A program made the translations under genes and the position numbers. Below are positions 25,347-35,522 of a stretch of DNA of 54,347 nt, one piece after another. The stretch lies in the IMG/VR virus record IMGVR_UViG_3300032342_001249, positions 1-54,347 of that record; one strand, written 5' to 3'. The stretch's first letter is position 1. Each line of letters starts with the position of its first letter. Source of the stretch: a virus. Taxonomy: Duplodnaviria; Caudoviricetes. Below the pieces are notes generated by a model that saw nothing but the letters and a program-made list of their open reading frames with translations, did no database searches and had not been told where the DNA came from.

Positions 25347-25661
25347 ATGAGTACCTGGAAACCAACATCTGTTGAAGAGACACCAGTCTTGCGTCTTAGT
25401 GCTTGGGTTGTATATGAATTGCCAGACGGCAGTCGACATTTCAATGGATTTAACATGACAGAAGGCGAAGGTCGTGTGTCTTCACCAATTGTACAATGGG
25501 ATCCAATCACACGTTGTGGAGTAACACGTAGTGGACGGGTATACATGCTTGAAGGTGCTTCCTATATGAACATAGAAGCATCATACGTTTGGGATACGTG
25601 GCGGCATATCTACGGAATTATGAAATATACTGATGTTTCAAACGAATATGAAAATCAATAA
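25347..25661 (+). CDS. Hypothetical protein
   Basis: 104-aa ORF with GRVSS.I and GVTRSGRVY.L.G. Confidence 0.65.
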   Translation: MSTWKPTSVEETPVLRLSAWVVYELPDGSRHFNGFNMTEGEGRVSSPIVQWDPITRCGVTRSGRVYMLEGASYMNIEASYVWDTWRHIYGIMKYTDVSNEYENQ

Positions 25662-25674
25662 ATAGGGAATTACA

Positions 25675-25749
25675 GGGTGGTTAGCTCAGCGGTAGAGTTT
25701 TTGCCTTACACGCAAGATGTCGGGGGTTCGATCCCCTCACCACCCACCA
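25675..25749 (+). tRNA. tRNA-Val(TAC)
   Basis: CTTACAC loop, ACCA. Confidence 0.92.
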
Positions 25750-25770
25750 AAATACGGAGATTTATACAAA

Positions 25771-25995
25771 ATGACGAAACAGTTGTTGCTGCCGAATTTT
25801 CTTAATATATTCGAACATAAACTTGTTCGAATGAAGAAACAAATCAAAACTGAACTCGATAAGCCAAAAAAAGAAAGGAAACGTGCGGAATTGAAAGATT
25901 TGCTTAAGGGTGCAAAACACTTGCAAAATGCAATTGGTAAAGTGAAGAAACAAACTATCAAGTTGTGCCCGCATTGTGGTAAAGAAGTTGAATAA
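25771..25995 (+). CDS. Small basic protein with CPHCG
   Basis: GGAG SD; 74 aa. Confidence 0.6.
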   Translation: MTKQLLLPNFLNIFEHKLVRMKKQIKTELDKPKKERKRAELKDLLKGAKHLQNAIGKVKKQTIKLCPHCGKEVE

Positions 25996-25997
25996 CT

Positions 25998-26023
25998 GGG
26001 AGTATGGCGTAATGGCAGCCGCA
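25998..26023 (+). pseudogene. 5' fragment of a Leu-type tRNA
   Basis: GGGAGTA-TG-GCGTAATGGCAGCCGC then breaks off, immediately before tRNA-Leu(TAG). Confidence 0.55.
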
Positions 26024-26030
26024 AAAATTA

Positions 26031-26115
26031 GGGCCGGTGGCGGAATTGGTAGACGCACCAGATTTAGAGTCTGGCATCGAAAGGTGTGAGAGTTCGAGTC
26101 TCTCACGGCCCACCA
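26031..26115 (+). tRNA. tRNA-Leu(TAG)
   Basis: CCAGA-TTTAGAG-TCTGG, ACCA. Confidence 0.9.
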
Positions 26116-26414
26116 AGGAGATAGTATGAATTATGTAAAATGGGGTGTTATTGCTGTATTTGCTCTTATATTTGCTCTTGTAGTTGCATGGTTAGGAATC
26201 GGAGCGTGGCATCAAATACAGTACGTGAAAGTTTTGTGGCACTCGTAAGAACGTGTTGGAGATGTAATACGCCCATACAACAATGTATGGGCGGTATTGC
26301 TGCTGGCAATCTTCTTGCATTCTGGGAGGGGAAACAAACAACTATTCGCGAAACTTGTGGAACGTGTGTTCTCGAATATGAAATTCGACCATATCTGCTC
26401 CCATCAGAAATATA

Positions 26415-26506
26415 GGAAGAATGGCTGAGTCTGGCTTAAGGCACTACGTTGGAAACGTAGCGGAGAGGTAACTCTCCCGTGGGTTCAAATCCCACTTCTT
26501 CCACCA
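26415..26506 (+). tRNA. tRNA-Ser(GGA)
   Basis: CTACG-TTGGAAA-CGTAG, long variable arm, ACCA. Confidence 0.9.
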
Positions 26507-26568
26507 AAATAATTTCATATATACTCTAATACACCCTTACATAAGTTTGGGGTTAATAGGAGCCGACC

Positions 26569-26976
26569 ATGAAACATATTATCTCTATCGCAATTGCTGC
26601 TGTGTTGTCTCTAGCTGCTTTTGGTAGCTGGGCACAAAGTGAAAATCTTCCAAATGATGTTTGTACACTCCGTGGTAACATTGCTTCCATGATTGTTGGT
26701 CAAAAAAGTCAAGGCGCCCCTCTAGAGGCACTAAAAGGCTCGTTTGGCAGCTGGCTAAGGAGTGGCATGCGAGGCTCGGATCAATTGCGACAAGCTCAAA
26801 TGAAAGATTGGTTCAATACGTGGACAGGAGAAGTTTTTGAGCGCTGGTTTGAATCAGTGTACACAAAATATGACGTTGATTACAAAAAAGCATATGAACA
26901 AGAACATGCTGATTGCTTGGCACGTAATAATGCAAAGCCGGTTGACACAGAGGTTGACACAACAGAGGTAAAATAA
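26569..26976 (+). CDS. Secreted hypothetical protein
   Basis: Sec signal peptide ending SWA, GGAG SD. Confidence 0.7.
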   Translation: MKHIISIAIAAVLSLAAFGSWAQSENLPNDVCTLRGNIASMIVGQKSQGAPLEALKGSFGSWLRSGMRGSDQLRQAQMKDWFNTWTGEVFERWFESVYTKYDVDYKKAYEQEHADCLARNNAKPVDTEVDTTEVK

Positions 26977-27193
26977 CTGTTTTATGAGATTATGTGCCCG
27001 AATCCCTGTATGGTTAAGACACATAATCAATAGTCTGGTGGACCAAAGAAGTGGATTACGCAGAGGAAAGGCGCCTAACCGTTGAAGCGTAGTCTTGCCG
27101 TAAGGAAGGGTAGCTCATAAACTATCCGTGGCGAAGTGGAAGCCGCACCGCGTGGCTCAATACCCAGCAGAAAGGTGGAATGCCTTTCTTTTT

Positions 27194-27269
27194 GCCCTCG
27201 TAGTTCATTGGATAGAACGCTTCGCTACGAACGAAGAGGTAGGGGGTCCGATTCCCTCCGAGGGTACCA
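27194..27269 (+). tRNA. tRNA-Arg(ACG)
   Basis: CTTCG-CTACGAA-CGAAG, ACCA. Confidence 0.92.
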
Positions 27270-27271
27270 AT

Positions 27272-27347
27272 TGGCGATTAGTTTAGAGGCAAAAACACTA
27301 CCTCGACATGGTAGAGACCACAGGTCCGAGTCCTGTATCGCCAACCA
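27272..27347 (+). tRNA. tRNA-Val(GAC), C33
   Basis: CTACC-TCGACAT-GGTAG, ACCA. Confidence 0.85.
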
Positions 27348-27405
27348 CATCTTTAATCGAAGTCGTCATAAATATCTCTTACAACACAGTTTTCGTGGAG
27401 ATGTG

Positions 27406-27621
27406 ATGAAGATTCTCGAAATCCAAGAGCGCTTGCTTGAACACCAACGTTTGAAAGAAAAACAAGCTGCTTCCCCTTTAGTTGAACGTGTGGTACAATC
27501 ATCTCGTTCATCTCATGTTTTCGGCTTAGACCCAATTCTTGATGCAGACACCATCGAACAAATTGATGCCTTCAAACACAGCAATCCTCAGTTGTACAAA
27601 AAAATCATGAATATGGACTAA
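27406..27621 (+). CDS. Hypothetical protein
   Basis: CATAAATA and GGAG upstream; first gene of the AAA/vWA unit. Confidence 0.6.
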   Translation: MKILEIQERLLEHQRLKEKQAASPLVERVVQSSRSSHVFGLDPILDADTIEQIDAFKHSNPQLYKKIMNMD

Positions 27622-27624
27622 CAC

Positions 27625-30183
27625 ATGAAAAATCAGCTAGTTCGTCTTGCCGAGAAAGTTCTTGGCCACATGTCACACTATAGCGAAGGACACCATAAGG
27701 GTGGTGTCCTTTTAACTGGCGATCCAGGCGTGGGAAAAACAACATTTGTTGAAACACTTGCAAGCCTTCTAGGCATTCATGCTGTTGTTGTGGAAGTCCC
27801 CCACATTACTGAAGAGCATTTGATTAATATTCCGTTCATTGTGTTTAATCCACAGTCTAATTCCACCCAAACTGGTGTTCAGCAAATCACATCTGAATAT
27901 AAACTGGTATTGGCTCAGTCGAACCTGTACAATCAACTCGCTCATGCTCGTCCAATGGAAGATCATGCGTATATAGAGCATATCAAGCATTCTCCAAACT
28001 ACATCCAACAATTGTACAAAGCGTTCGGTGGAACAGAAACAAAAATTCCTGACGCATTCAAACAGGCACGTCAAACATATGGTGTGATTTTGTTTCTTGA
28101 CGAATACTATCGTCAAACATCCATGAGAATTCGAAATATTCTCCGTGGTATTTTGAACAATAAAATTGGAATGCATACAATTCCTGATAATGTGTATATC
28201 ATGTATGCATCAAATATGCGCGATCAGGGGTTGGAGAGTATTCCTCCAAATAATCAATTTACGGCTATCGATTATAAAACACCTCGTAAAGAGGACTGGT
28301 TTGATTGGCTCGTGGCTAAGTATCAAAATGATACGCACGTTCGTCTCAACGAAAATATCATTAAACATTTTAAAAAGTTGTTAAAAGATGAACACATGAG
28401 TTACGTTGATGTTGCAAAGGAAGTTCGCACGTCACCACGCCGCTGGGAACAACTTTTGTTGTACATTAATTCTGGCATTCCTGTACGTGACGAACAAGAT
28501 GCACGTGCGTTGATTACAAACGTTCGCAACAACTTTATTAATTATCAAACTGGTCAACATAGTGATTTAGCGGATAAAATTGTTGATGCAACGGCCAAAT
28601 TGATCAAAGAAACATCGAATGTTGATGTGAGTAGTAGCAATCTTCTTGAGCCACACGAGTGGCGTGAAGCGCTAAACCATCAAGTTGAGCAAGCAATGAA
28701 ACTTGGTGAACGTCGCAAGTACATTCCTGTTGTATCAGGACCTCCAGGAATTGGAAAAACAGCTCAAGCCGCCGCCGTTGCCGATAAACATAATCTGCGT
28801 TTGATTGAAATTGAAGTTAGCCAATTAAATCCAGATGATGTTGTAGGGTTACCGCTTCCTGGCGATCGCAAAGATGAAGAAATTGCCGTGAAATTCTCAG
28901 TACCTAAGCTGTATCGAGAAATTATGGATAAGATTAAGCACGCTGATGAAGCGTATATTGCTGACCTAAAGAAGAAGTATGGAACTGATGCAAACAAACA
29001 TATCAGTGCCTATATGGATCAGCGTTGGAAATATTTGATTTTCTTTGATGAAATCAACACAGTTGATGAAAAGACTTTTAATGCTCTGCGTCGTGTTATC
29101 TTAGAAAAAAACTTCGGTCCATCTGGTGACGAAAGTGGAAAACTTATTGAACTACCAAAGAGCGCTATTGTTGTTGCTGCTATGAATCCTCAAGGTAGTC
29201 ACACAACAGAAATGACACAGCATTTTAAAGATGTGGTTGATATTATTCCGGCGTCTGCTAGTTGGAAACAAACGAAACAGTGGCTTGGAGCTAAAAAATT
29301 CAAAGGAATCCCTGAAGAAGTTTCCACAGTTGCAATGAATGTTATGCAAGCGTTTGTTGATAAGTTCAAGGAAAAAGGTTCGGAACATTCTGCCGATCAA
29401 CGTCCATTTCACTTGGATGTGGGATCACCATTGTATATCTCTCCACGCGAATATACGGATATTTACGCAACATTGGTTCGTGAGTTGAATTCAGGAATTT
29501 CAAAAGTACTTAACGATGACTCAATTAAGGCTGATCAAATTCGTTCAGAGATTGATGATGTTATTGGTGAAGCATTGGAAGATTCATTGAATTTTATTTT
29601 CGACAAGCATGGAGTAGACAAGGAAGAATTCATGCATCAGTTGAAGGCATGGGTCTCTGCACTTGATGCAAGTATTTTAGGTGGCGTGTTGTCAAAGAAA
29701 GCTAAAACAACACCAATGGGACAAACATTGTCCAGCTATATGGATGGTAAAAACATCACAAACATGTCCGATGATATTGACATCATCAATGCCAACAATT
29801 CAGTCAACAATGCTCAATTCATTGAAGACGTTCGCGATATGATTGTATCTAAACTGAAAGATGATGCTTCAATTCAACAATATATTTTGAAAGAAGATCA
29901 GCCAAAAGTGACATTGAAAGGTGATACAATTACTACAGATCCAAGTACAAAAGTTTCATCTTTTGAGAACTTCATTCTTGCGTTGTTGTATACATTACAC
30001 ATTCACAAATATCAGAATGATCGCGTTGCATCTGTGGGACGAGCTTTGTCTTCTTCATTGTCAGAAACCATCAGCAAGTTGTTTAAAGCTAATAAAATTA
30101 CAGATGATGTCAAGGATGAAGTTGCAACATCAACAGTTCAACTGCGAAGCGATATCCACGATCTTCTCTCCAAATTGAAGTGA
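27625..30183 (+). CDS. Tandem AAA+ ATPase (MoxR/dynein-related type)
   Basis: Two Walker A (GDPGVGKT, GPPGIGKT), two Walker B (LFLDE, IFFDE), SPR motifs. Confidence 0.88.
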   Translation: MKNQLVRLAEKVLGHMSHYSEGHHKGGVLLTGDPGVGKTTFVETLASLLGIHAVVVEVPHITEEHLINIPFIVFNPQSNSTQTGVQQITSEYKLVLAQSNLYNQLAHARPMEDHAYIEHIKHSPNYIQQLYKAFGGTETKIPDAFKQARQTYGVILFLDEYYRQTSMRIRNILRGILNNKIGMHTIPDNVYIMYASNMRDQGLESIPPNNQFTAIDYKTPRKEDWFDWLVAKYQNDTHVRLNENIIKHFKKLLKDEHMSYVDVAKEVRTSPRRWEQLLLYINSGIPVRDEQDARALITNVRNNFINYQTGQHSDLADKIVDATAKLIKETSNVDVSSSNLLEPHEWREALNHQVEQAMKLGERRKYIPVVSGPPGIGKTAQAAAVADKHNLRLIEIEVSQLNPDDVVGLPLPGDRKDEEIAVKFSVPKLYREIMDKIKHADEAYIADLKKKYGTDANKHISAYMDQRWKYLIFFDEINTVDEKTFNALRRVILEKNFGPSGDESGKLIELPKSAIVVAAMNPQGSHTTEMTQHFKDVVDIIPASASWKQTKQWLGAKKFKGIPEEVSTVAMNVMQAFVDKFKEKGSEHSADQRPFHLDVGSPLYISPREYTDIYATLVRELNSGISKVLNDDSIKADQIRSEIDDVIGEALEDSLNFIFDKHGVDKEEFMHQLKAWVSALDASILGGVLSKKAKTTPMGQTLSSYMDGKNITNMSDDIDIINANNSVNNAQFIEDVRDMIVSKLKDDASIQQYILKEDQPKVTLKGDTITTDPSTKVSSFENFILALLYTLHIHKYQNDRVASVGRALSSSLSETISKLFKANKITDDVKDEVATSTVQLRSDIHDLLSKLK

Positions 30184-30190
30184 GATACTA

Positions 30191-31993
30191 ATGGGCCGCT
30201 TGCGTAGAGTGTTCATGGAAGGTCTCGAGAACAGGAAATATGCACCTGGTCAGGTGAAGTTTTCTGCTTCAACTTTAAACGATCCTCATATTCGTAAAAT
30301 TCTACAAGAAATTTCAACCACTACAGGAAAGCCTGTCAGCGAACTTGCACAACATATTGCAAAAGAACAGGCCGAATTTCAAGACATTGCTAAGAAGGCA
30401 CCTGTATTGTATTCAACTCTTGAAAAGAACGTTGTTGAAGATTCTACGTTTAACATGTTTCAAAAAGCAAAAGTTCCAGTTAATGGACCAAAATTAAACA
30501 CCACAACATTTTATAGATTAATGCGAAGCATTCGTGCCGACCATGATGAATTTCTTCCCTTGCGAAGTTTTGTTGATCGTAGAACACTAACAACTCCCAA
30601 GATTATCTTTACACAAGAGGGTGATACAGGTCCATATCGATCAGTTACCACTGCCGCTGCAACACCAACTGGTGATTTCATTTTTAATGTACCATTCTGT
30701 CAAGCATTACTTGACTATGCTCATCTTAAAGGCCTTAAACCTAAAGGTCATAAGTACATTTCCAATGGTGGTGATATTCCCGACGAATATGCTTATATTG
30801 AATTCTTGATTATGCATGAATTTATGCATTACAGTAATGATGATTTTTTCTATCAAAAGATCATTCCGAATGCTAATCCCAAAATCATTAACTGGGTTGG
30901 TGATTTTCGAACAAACTATCTACTTGTCAAGAGTGGATACGAGCAACTCCCCATAGGATTATTTAATGATGATATTAACTACGATCGACAAGCACATTAC
31001 GTTGATATGTACAAAATTGTTGAAGATGAATTCAAAAAACTTGGCAAAGATCAACAAGATAAACTACGAGCAAAGCTTGATGGCATGTCTGATGATCATG
31101 AACCCGGACAACAGCAGGGTGAGGAAGAAGAAATTCCTGATGGAGTTACTCCATCTGATATAGATGCTAATGGTACAAGTATTGATAGAAAAATGCGAGA
31201 TGCCACAGATTCTACCAATGAAGAACGTGATAAAAAGCAAGAAGGAGAAGGAAAAGGTCCGGGTCAAGGTGGCACACCTGGTACTGCAAAGCACGAAAAA
31301 CCGCAAGGAATTGATTATTCAAAAATTATGCCAACGTTCAATTGGCAAACGCTAATTCGACGTTTTGTTTCTTCAGCACGTCCACGTTCAGAAGAAACTT
31401 ATGCAAAGCCACACCGTCGAAATGTATCAGGATTAGATAGTGCACGTCAGGTTGGTGCATCTGCTATTAAACCAGCAGAGAAACCAATGGATTTTGCAGA
31501 TATTTCGCTTGGATTTGTCATTGATAGTTCCGGATCAATGTCAAACGTTATCACTAGTGTCATGTCAAACGTTGTTAATTTAATGAAAACACCAATATTC
31601 CGCAAAACACAAGTGTTATTTTTTCGTTTTAGTGGTTCATACGAAATTTACAAAATGGTATTCTCTACTAATCAAGCTGGAAAAGTGGATACGTGGACAG
31701 CTAAACCAAAATATGACCACAAAGCAATTGATTTACTTAATCAACATTTTGGTGCTGGAACAACATTTTCTTCCGCTTTGGCTGGAGAAATTGGTGGAGC
31801 ATTAAGTGCAGGATATAATATGGTATTTTTCTTAGATGCGGATATTAACAGTGGTGAAAATCTTCAAAACTTTGCCGCGTTGGTTAAAGCCCATCCAAAA
31901 AATGTATTTGTGATATTTGATAGTCGTGCCACATATATTAGTTTCCGTCAAATATCAGGCATTTCTACACCAAATATTACGTATTTTCAGTAG
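30191..31993 (+). CDS. Metallopeptidase-like plus vWA domain protein (DUF2201-like), AAA partner
   Basis: TAAAT, HEFMH, IDSSGSM MIDAS, GAGT.F. Confidence 0.82.
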   Translation: MGRLRRVFMEGLENRKYAPGQVKFSASTLNDPHIRKILQEISTTTGKPVSELAQHIAKEQAEFQDIAKKAPVLYSTLEKNVVEDSTFNMFQKAKVPVNGPKLNTTTFYRLMRSIRADHDEFLPLRSFVDRRTLTTPKIIFTQEGDTGPYRSVTTAAATPTGDFIFNVPFCQALLDYAHLKGLKPKGHKYISNGGDIPDEYAYIEFLIMHEFMHYSNDDFFYQKIIPNANPKIINWVGDFRTNYLLVKSGYEQLPIGLFNDDINYDRQAHYVDMYKIVEDEFKKLGKDQQDKLRAKLDGMSDDHEPGQQQGEEEEIPDGVTPSDIDANGTSIDRKMRDATDSTNEERDKKQEGEGKGPGQGGTPGTAKHEKPQGIDYSKIMPTFNWQTLIRRFVSSARPRSEETYAKPHRRNVSGLDSARQVGASAIKPAEKPMDFADISLGFVIDSSGSMSNVITSVMSNVVNLMKTPIFRKTQVLFFRFSGSYEIYKMVFSTNQAGKVDTWTAKPKYDHKAIDLLNQHFGAGTTFSSALAGEIGGALSAGYNMVFFLDADINSGENLQNFAALVKAHPKNVFVIFDSRATYISFRQISGISTPNITYFQ

Positions 31994-32083
31994 TTGGTAG
32001 ACTTGTGTGACTTCATGGAGCAAATTATAAACGCGTTGACAGACTCAAAGGAATCGTTGAATATATAAGGGCATGATTGTAAT

Positions 32084-32169
32084 ACCAGTGTGGACAAATT
32101 GGTAAAGTCGCCAAGTTCAAACCTTGGTCTCGTAAGACATTGTCGGTTCGACTCCGACCACTGGTACAA
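32084..32169 (+). tRNA. tRNA-Leu(CAA), no encoded CCA
   Basis: CCAAG-TTCAAAC-CTTGG. Confidence 0.88.
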
Positions 32170-32193
32170 ATTAACTAAACTAGATGAGCAAAA

Positions 32194-32400
32194 ATGGCAA
32201 CTACAGCAGCAAATAAGAAACTTGAAGGTCTTTACATTCGCAAATATAATGGTAAGACTGTTGTTTCTTGTCTGTACAACGGGCGTGGTATCGGACATGG
32301 TAAGTATTTCGCTGCCATGGTTGATAGTGCTCTTGTACTAGATGCAACTGGTCGTCCAATTCCTTTCACCGAACTTGGTGATCTTGTGCGAGCACTTTAA
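32194..32400 (+). CDS. Hypothetical protein
   Basis: 68-aa ORF coupled to the next gene. Confidence 0.55.
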   Translation: MATTAANKKLEGLYIRKYNGKTVVSCLYNGRGIGHGKYFAAMVDSALVLDATGRPIPFTELGDLVRAL

Positions 32401-32639
32401 TGGTAGAATCTGATTCTATTACAGTTAATGGATTGTCACTTCCATCAAGAATCGCCCTCCGAATTTTTGTGATTACATATCTTTTATGTTGTTGGACGAT
32501 TATTGGATATGTTATTGGATGGGGTGATCCAGACAATAGTCTTCACACTTCTGCTCTGGCATGGTCATTTGGAACATCATCTGCAACGTTATTCGCATAC
32601 TGTGTTGATAATTGGAATGTAATACGAAATGCAAAATAA
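32400..32639 (+). CDS. Small two-helix membrane protein
   Basis: Two hydrophobic segments. Confidence 0.55.
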   Translation: MVESDSITVNGLSLPSRIALRIFVITYLLCCWTIIGYVIGWGDPDNSLHTSALAWSFGTSSATLFAYCVDNWNVIRNAK

Positions 32640-32643
32640 TAAT

Positions 32644-32680
32644 GCCCTCGTGGTGGAATGGTAGACACGGGATATTTAGG
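32644..32680 (+). pseudogene. 5' half of tRNA-Leu(TAG)
   Basis: GCCCTCG-TG-GTGGAATGGTAGACAC-G-GGATATTTAGG then breaks off. Confidence 0.7.
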
Positions 32681-32688
32681 CCACGTTT

Positions 32689-32772
32689 GCCGGAATGGCT
32701 TAGGTAAATTGGTACAGCCGCTCGACTTAAGATCGTGTGCTTTTGTGGGTTCGAATCCCTCTTCCGGCACCA
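32689..32772 (+). tRNA. tRNA-Leu(TAA), enlarged D-loop
   Basis: GCCGGAA/TTCCGGC, CTTAAGA loop, ACCA. Confidence 0.8.
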
Positions 32773-32789
32773 AAAAATGGAGAAGAAAT

Positions 32790-33107
32790 ATGTTGGATAT
32801 TACTAGAGAGAATTTGGGACAAGAAGTTTTAAGTTCCGAAATACCAGTAGTGTTAGATTTTTGGGCGGCGTGGTGTGGTCCTTGTAAGATGATGGCACCA
32901 GTGTTCGAACAGCTGGCCGAACAATTTAAAGATAAAGCAAAATTCGCCAAAGTAGATATTGATACCAACACAGACCTAGGACAAAAATTCAATGTTCGTG
33001 GCATTCCAACGTTTGCATTAATCAAAGCTGGAACAGTCATTGATGTTGTGGTTGGAGCAAGATCGCAATCACAAATGCAAGCATGGTTGGAAAAAAATCT
33101 AAGCTAA
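32790..33107 (+). CDS. trxA: Thioredoxin
   Basis: DFWAAWCGPCK, VRGIPT. Confidence 0.95.
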   Translation: MLDITRENLGQEVLSSEIPVVLDFWAAWCGPCKMMAPVFEQLAEQFKDKAKFAKVDIDTNTDLGQKFNVRGIPTFALIKAGTVIDVVVGARSQSQMQAWLEKNLS

Positions 33108-33181
33108 TAATTCAGGATTGACCTATTTCTTTTCTTGATGTAAAATTCAGACTTTCCTAAACAAATGTAAATACAAAAATA

Positions 33182-33271
33182 GGAAGTGTGGCAGAGAGGT
33201 CTATTGCACCTGCCTTGAAAGCAGGCGAGCCTGCAAGGGCTCCGTGGGTCCGAATCCTACCACTTCCGCCA
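33182..33271 (+). tRNA. tRNA-Ser(TGA)
   Basis: CCTGC-CTTGAAA-GCAGG, long variable arm, GCCA; TTGACC-17-TAAAAT promoter upstream. Confidence 0.92.
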
Positions 33272-33379
33272 ATTACGGCTGGCAAATGCATGCTGGGTAA
33301 TCGTGGTGAGTCGATCCAGGAAACTGGGTTGTGCAGGTGAATTAACACTGGCGAAGCCACGCCAATAGACGAGGGCTAT

Positions 33380-33835
33380 ATGACTACTATTAAAAAAGGT
33401 TATCGTTTGACAGTAACTTCGTGGGAGAATGATTCTGATAACCATTGGACCATTTCTCATGAAGGATACACGCAAGAAGAAATGGCTTTCTTAGTCGACT
33501 TTGTACAGTTGTTTTATTCAAAGAACGATTACAAAGGCCGGGAGGGATTTGGTAATATGTACGACCCGCATCAGTGCGAATGGGAAGGTTTGGTGGCAGC
33601 ATTTACCAAACTCGTCAAAAAACATGGTGTGACAGTTCTCAATACATTAGAGTACGAAGTCACACAAGAGGAAATGAGTGACGAAAATACTTCGAGCGAT
33701 CTCGTCTCTGAGCTTCACGGAAAATTTTTTGGTTACGGGGACTTTACGACACGTGTATTGGACACTTTTATTGTCGAATACATTCCGATGGACGTAGAAC
33801 TGAAGGACGTTACAGCGCAATTTGTGAAAGTATGA
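33380..33835 (+). CDS. Hypothetical phage protein
   Basis: GAGG SD, 151 aa. Confidence 0.65.
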   Translation: MTTIKKGYRLTVTSWENDSDNHWTISHEGYTQEEMAFLVDFVQLFYSKNDYKGREGFGNMYDPHQCEWEGLVAAFTKLVKKHGVTVLNTLEYEVTQEEMSDENTSSDLVSELHGKFFGYGDFTTRVLDTFIVEYIPMDVELKDVTAQFVKV

Positions 33836-33870
33836 AAGTAAGACATTAAGTTCGAAGAGGAGTCGGAATC

Positions 33871-34122
33871 ATGAGCGAGAAGTGGAATGCTGATGAAGTA
33901 ATCTGCCCAAATTGCTGCCACCAGTTTCGTGCAATCCCAGTGAACGTGGTTGAAAAGATGAGTGAACTCGAGGCATGTATAAAAAACCAGGAGGCTCAAA
34001 TTGTAGGGAGGCATCAATACGTCGGGCAAGATTTTCAATTTCGACTTGATAGAGCACTCAGACGGGCCGAAGCCGCCGAGGAGACAGTGCGCAGGTTCGA
34101 GTCTGGAACCGATCGCCGATAA
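33871..34122 (+). CDS. Hypothetical protein with CPNC
   Basis: GAGGAG SD. Confidence 0.55.
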   Translation: MSEKWNADEVICPNCCHQFRAIPVNVVEKMSELEACIKNQEAQIVGRHQYVGQDFQFRLDRALRRAEAAEETVRRFESGTDRR

Positions 34123-34145
34123 GATAAATATCTCGGAGAAATCTG

Positions 34146-35006
34146 ATGCGCAGTGATTTGAACAAACAGTTGTGTGAGCGTCAACGACGTGGGTCGTCGA
34201 TGTCTTACAGCCCATGGCGTCGCGACAAACGTCATGAAGAACAATATCAAGTTGGTCGCGAAGACGATGAAACTTTCGATGGTGTAAGTTCTGGCCATCG
34301 TGAAAGCATGACCAAGCGGTACGGTTGGGATCGTAAATCTTTCAATGAAAATTTAAAGCCGCTCTACGGCTTTATCCACAAATCTGTTGGTCGCAAGTGG
34401 GATGATGTTTACAGCGAAATTTGTTCCGTGTTTGACAAGCGCTCGGTCATCAATCAACATATTCTGACTCACCTCGAACAGTACGTTGAGCAACAAATTA
34501 ATGTTGGCGAAGATGGTAAGTTATATATTGCTGATTATCAATATATCACTCCACGGAAGTTGCCACATCTTCTCGAAGAAAGCTCTTACACTGAGTACTA
34601 CGTCGACCCTCGCGATGGTATTCTTAAGCGGAATGTTGTTGCTATTTCCCGCAAAGAAAGCAATAAACGAGCTCGTGTACGTTTGGAAGCCAAAAAAGCT
34701 CTAACGCAACGAATTGTCAACAAGACAACAGAATTGCATAAAATCAAGTTTGTTAAGGTTGATGGCATTGTCCATGCCGAAGATGGTGTTTGGTACGAAG
34801 TTAAATTTTCGGAACAGAAACCTGTTCGTCGCTTCGAATATTGGCAACCTATTTGGGCCAAGAAACCCATGTCTCGTGAAGTAGTTGAATATCCATATGC
34901 TATGGATGTGTTGCGAGGCGCTGTTCATGAAAAGCGCTATGCTTCGGAAAAACGACAACTGGCTCGTAAAGATCTCAAACACTACGGTTTGACAAACGGT
35001 GAATAA
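34146..35006 (+). CDS. Hypothetical basic protein
   Basis: ENL.PL..F..K.VGR.WDDVYSEI, YYVDP.DGIL. Confidence 0.75.
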   Translation: MRSDLNKQLCERQRRGSSMSYSPWRRDKRHEEQYQVGREDDETFDGVSSGHRESMTKRYGWDRKSFNENLKPLYGFIHKSVGRKWDDVYSEICSVFDKRSVINQHILTHLEQYVEQQINVGEDGKLYIADYQYITPRKLPHLLEESSYTEYYVDPRDGILKRNVVAISRKESNKRARVRLEAKKALTQRIVNKTTELHKIKFVKVDGIVHAEDGVWYEVKFSEQKPVRRFEYWQPIWAKKPMSREVVEYPYAMDVLRGAVHEKRYASEKRQLARKDLKHYGLTNGE

Positions 35007-35035
35007 TTTAGTATAGTGATCACAAAGGGAATCAC

Positions 35036-35305
35036 ATGAATATGTTTACACTTGAACCAGAACAGCTCGCTAAAATTCACGAATGGTCTCATGCACAAGA
35101 TCAAATTGTAATTGCAACCCAACGTGAAAAAATGTCGCCAGAAGAATTTGATCATTTAACAATGAATGGAGATTATGCTTATTATGGTGCAATTGGTGGT
35201 GAATTAACGTACTGTTTTACTCCCAATGGGTTGGGATGTGTAGTTGTAGTACGGCACAGTGGTACAAATGCTGAATTGGACGTTTCTGAGTACGATAGTT
35301 GGTAA
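35036..35305 (+). CDS. Hypothetical phage protein
   Basis: GAIGG..TY.FTP.GLG motif. Confidence 0.65.
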   Translation: MNMFTLEPEQLAKIHEWSHAQDQIVIATQREKMSPEEFDHLTMNGDYAYYGAIGGELTYCFTPNGLGCVVVVRHSGTNAELDVSEYDSW

Positions 35306-35522
35306 ATATGATTTGTATCGCTGATGCTCGTAACTTTATCCTCTACGATTTTTGCATTCGTCCGCCTACACATATAGTTGATGCTCGCGTACGTAGTCGA
35401 GACTTATTGTGTGATTATCCATTAGATGATCAAACAAAGCAGCGGAAAGTAATTGAATATGTCGTAGAAACATGGTTTCCAAAAGATCAACAGCGTCCGA
35501 AATTGCAGGTGGTGAAGTGAAT

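Noticed and set aside
33276-33365. SRP (4.5S) RNA candidate after tRNA-Ser
   Set aside because: Has a GAAA-capped hairpin but lacks the conserved SRP domain IV internal-loop sequence; too weak to call
34060-34120. T-arm-like GGTTCGAGTC as another tRNA
   Set aside because: No matching acceptor or anticodon stems; lies inside ORF 33871-34122
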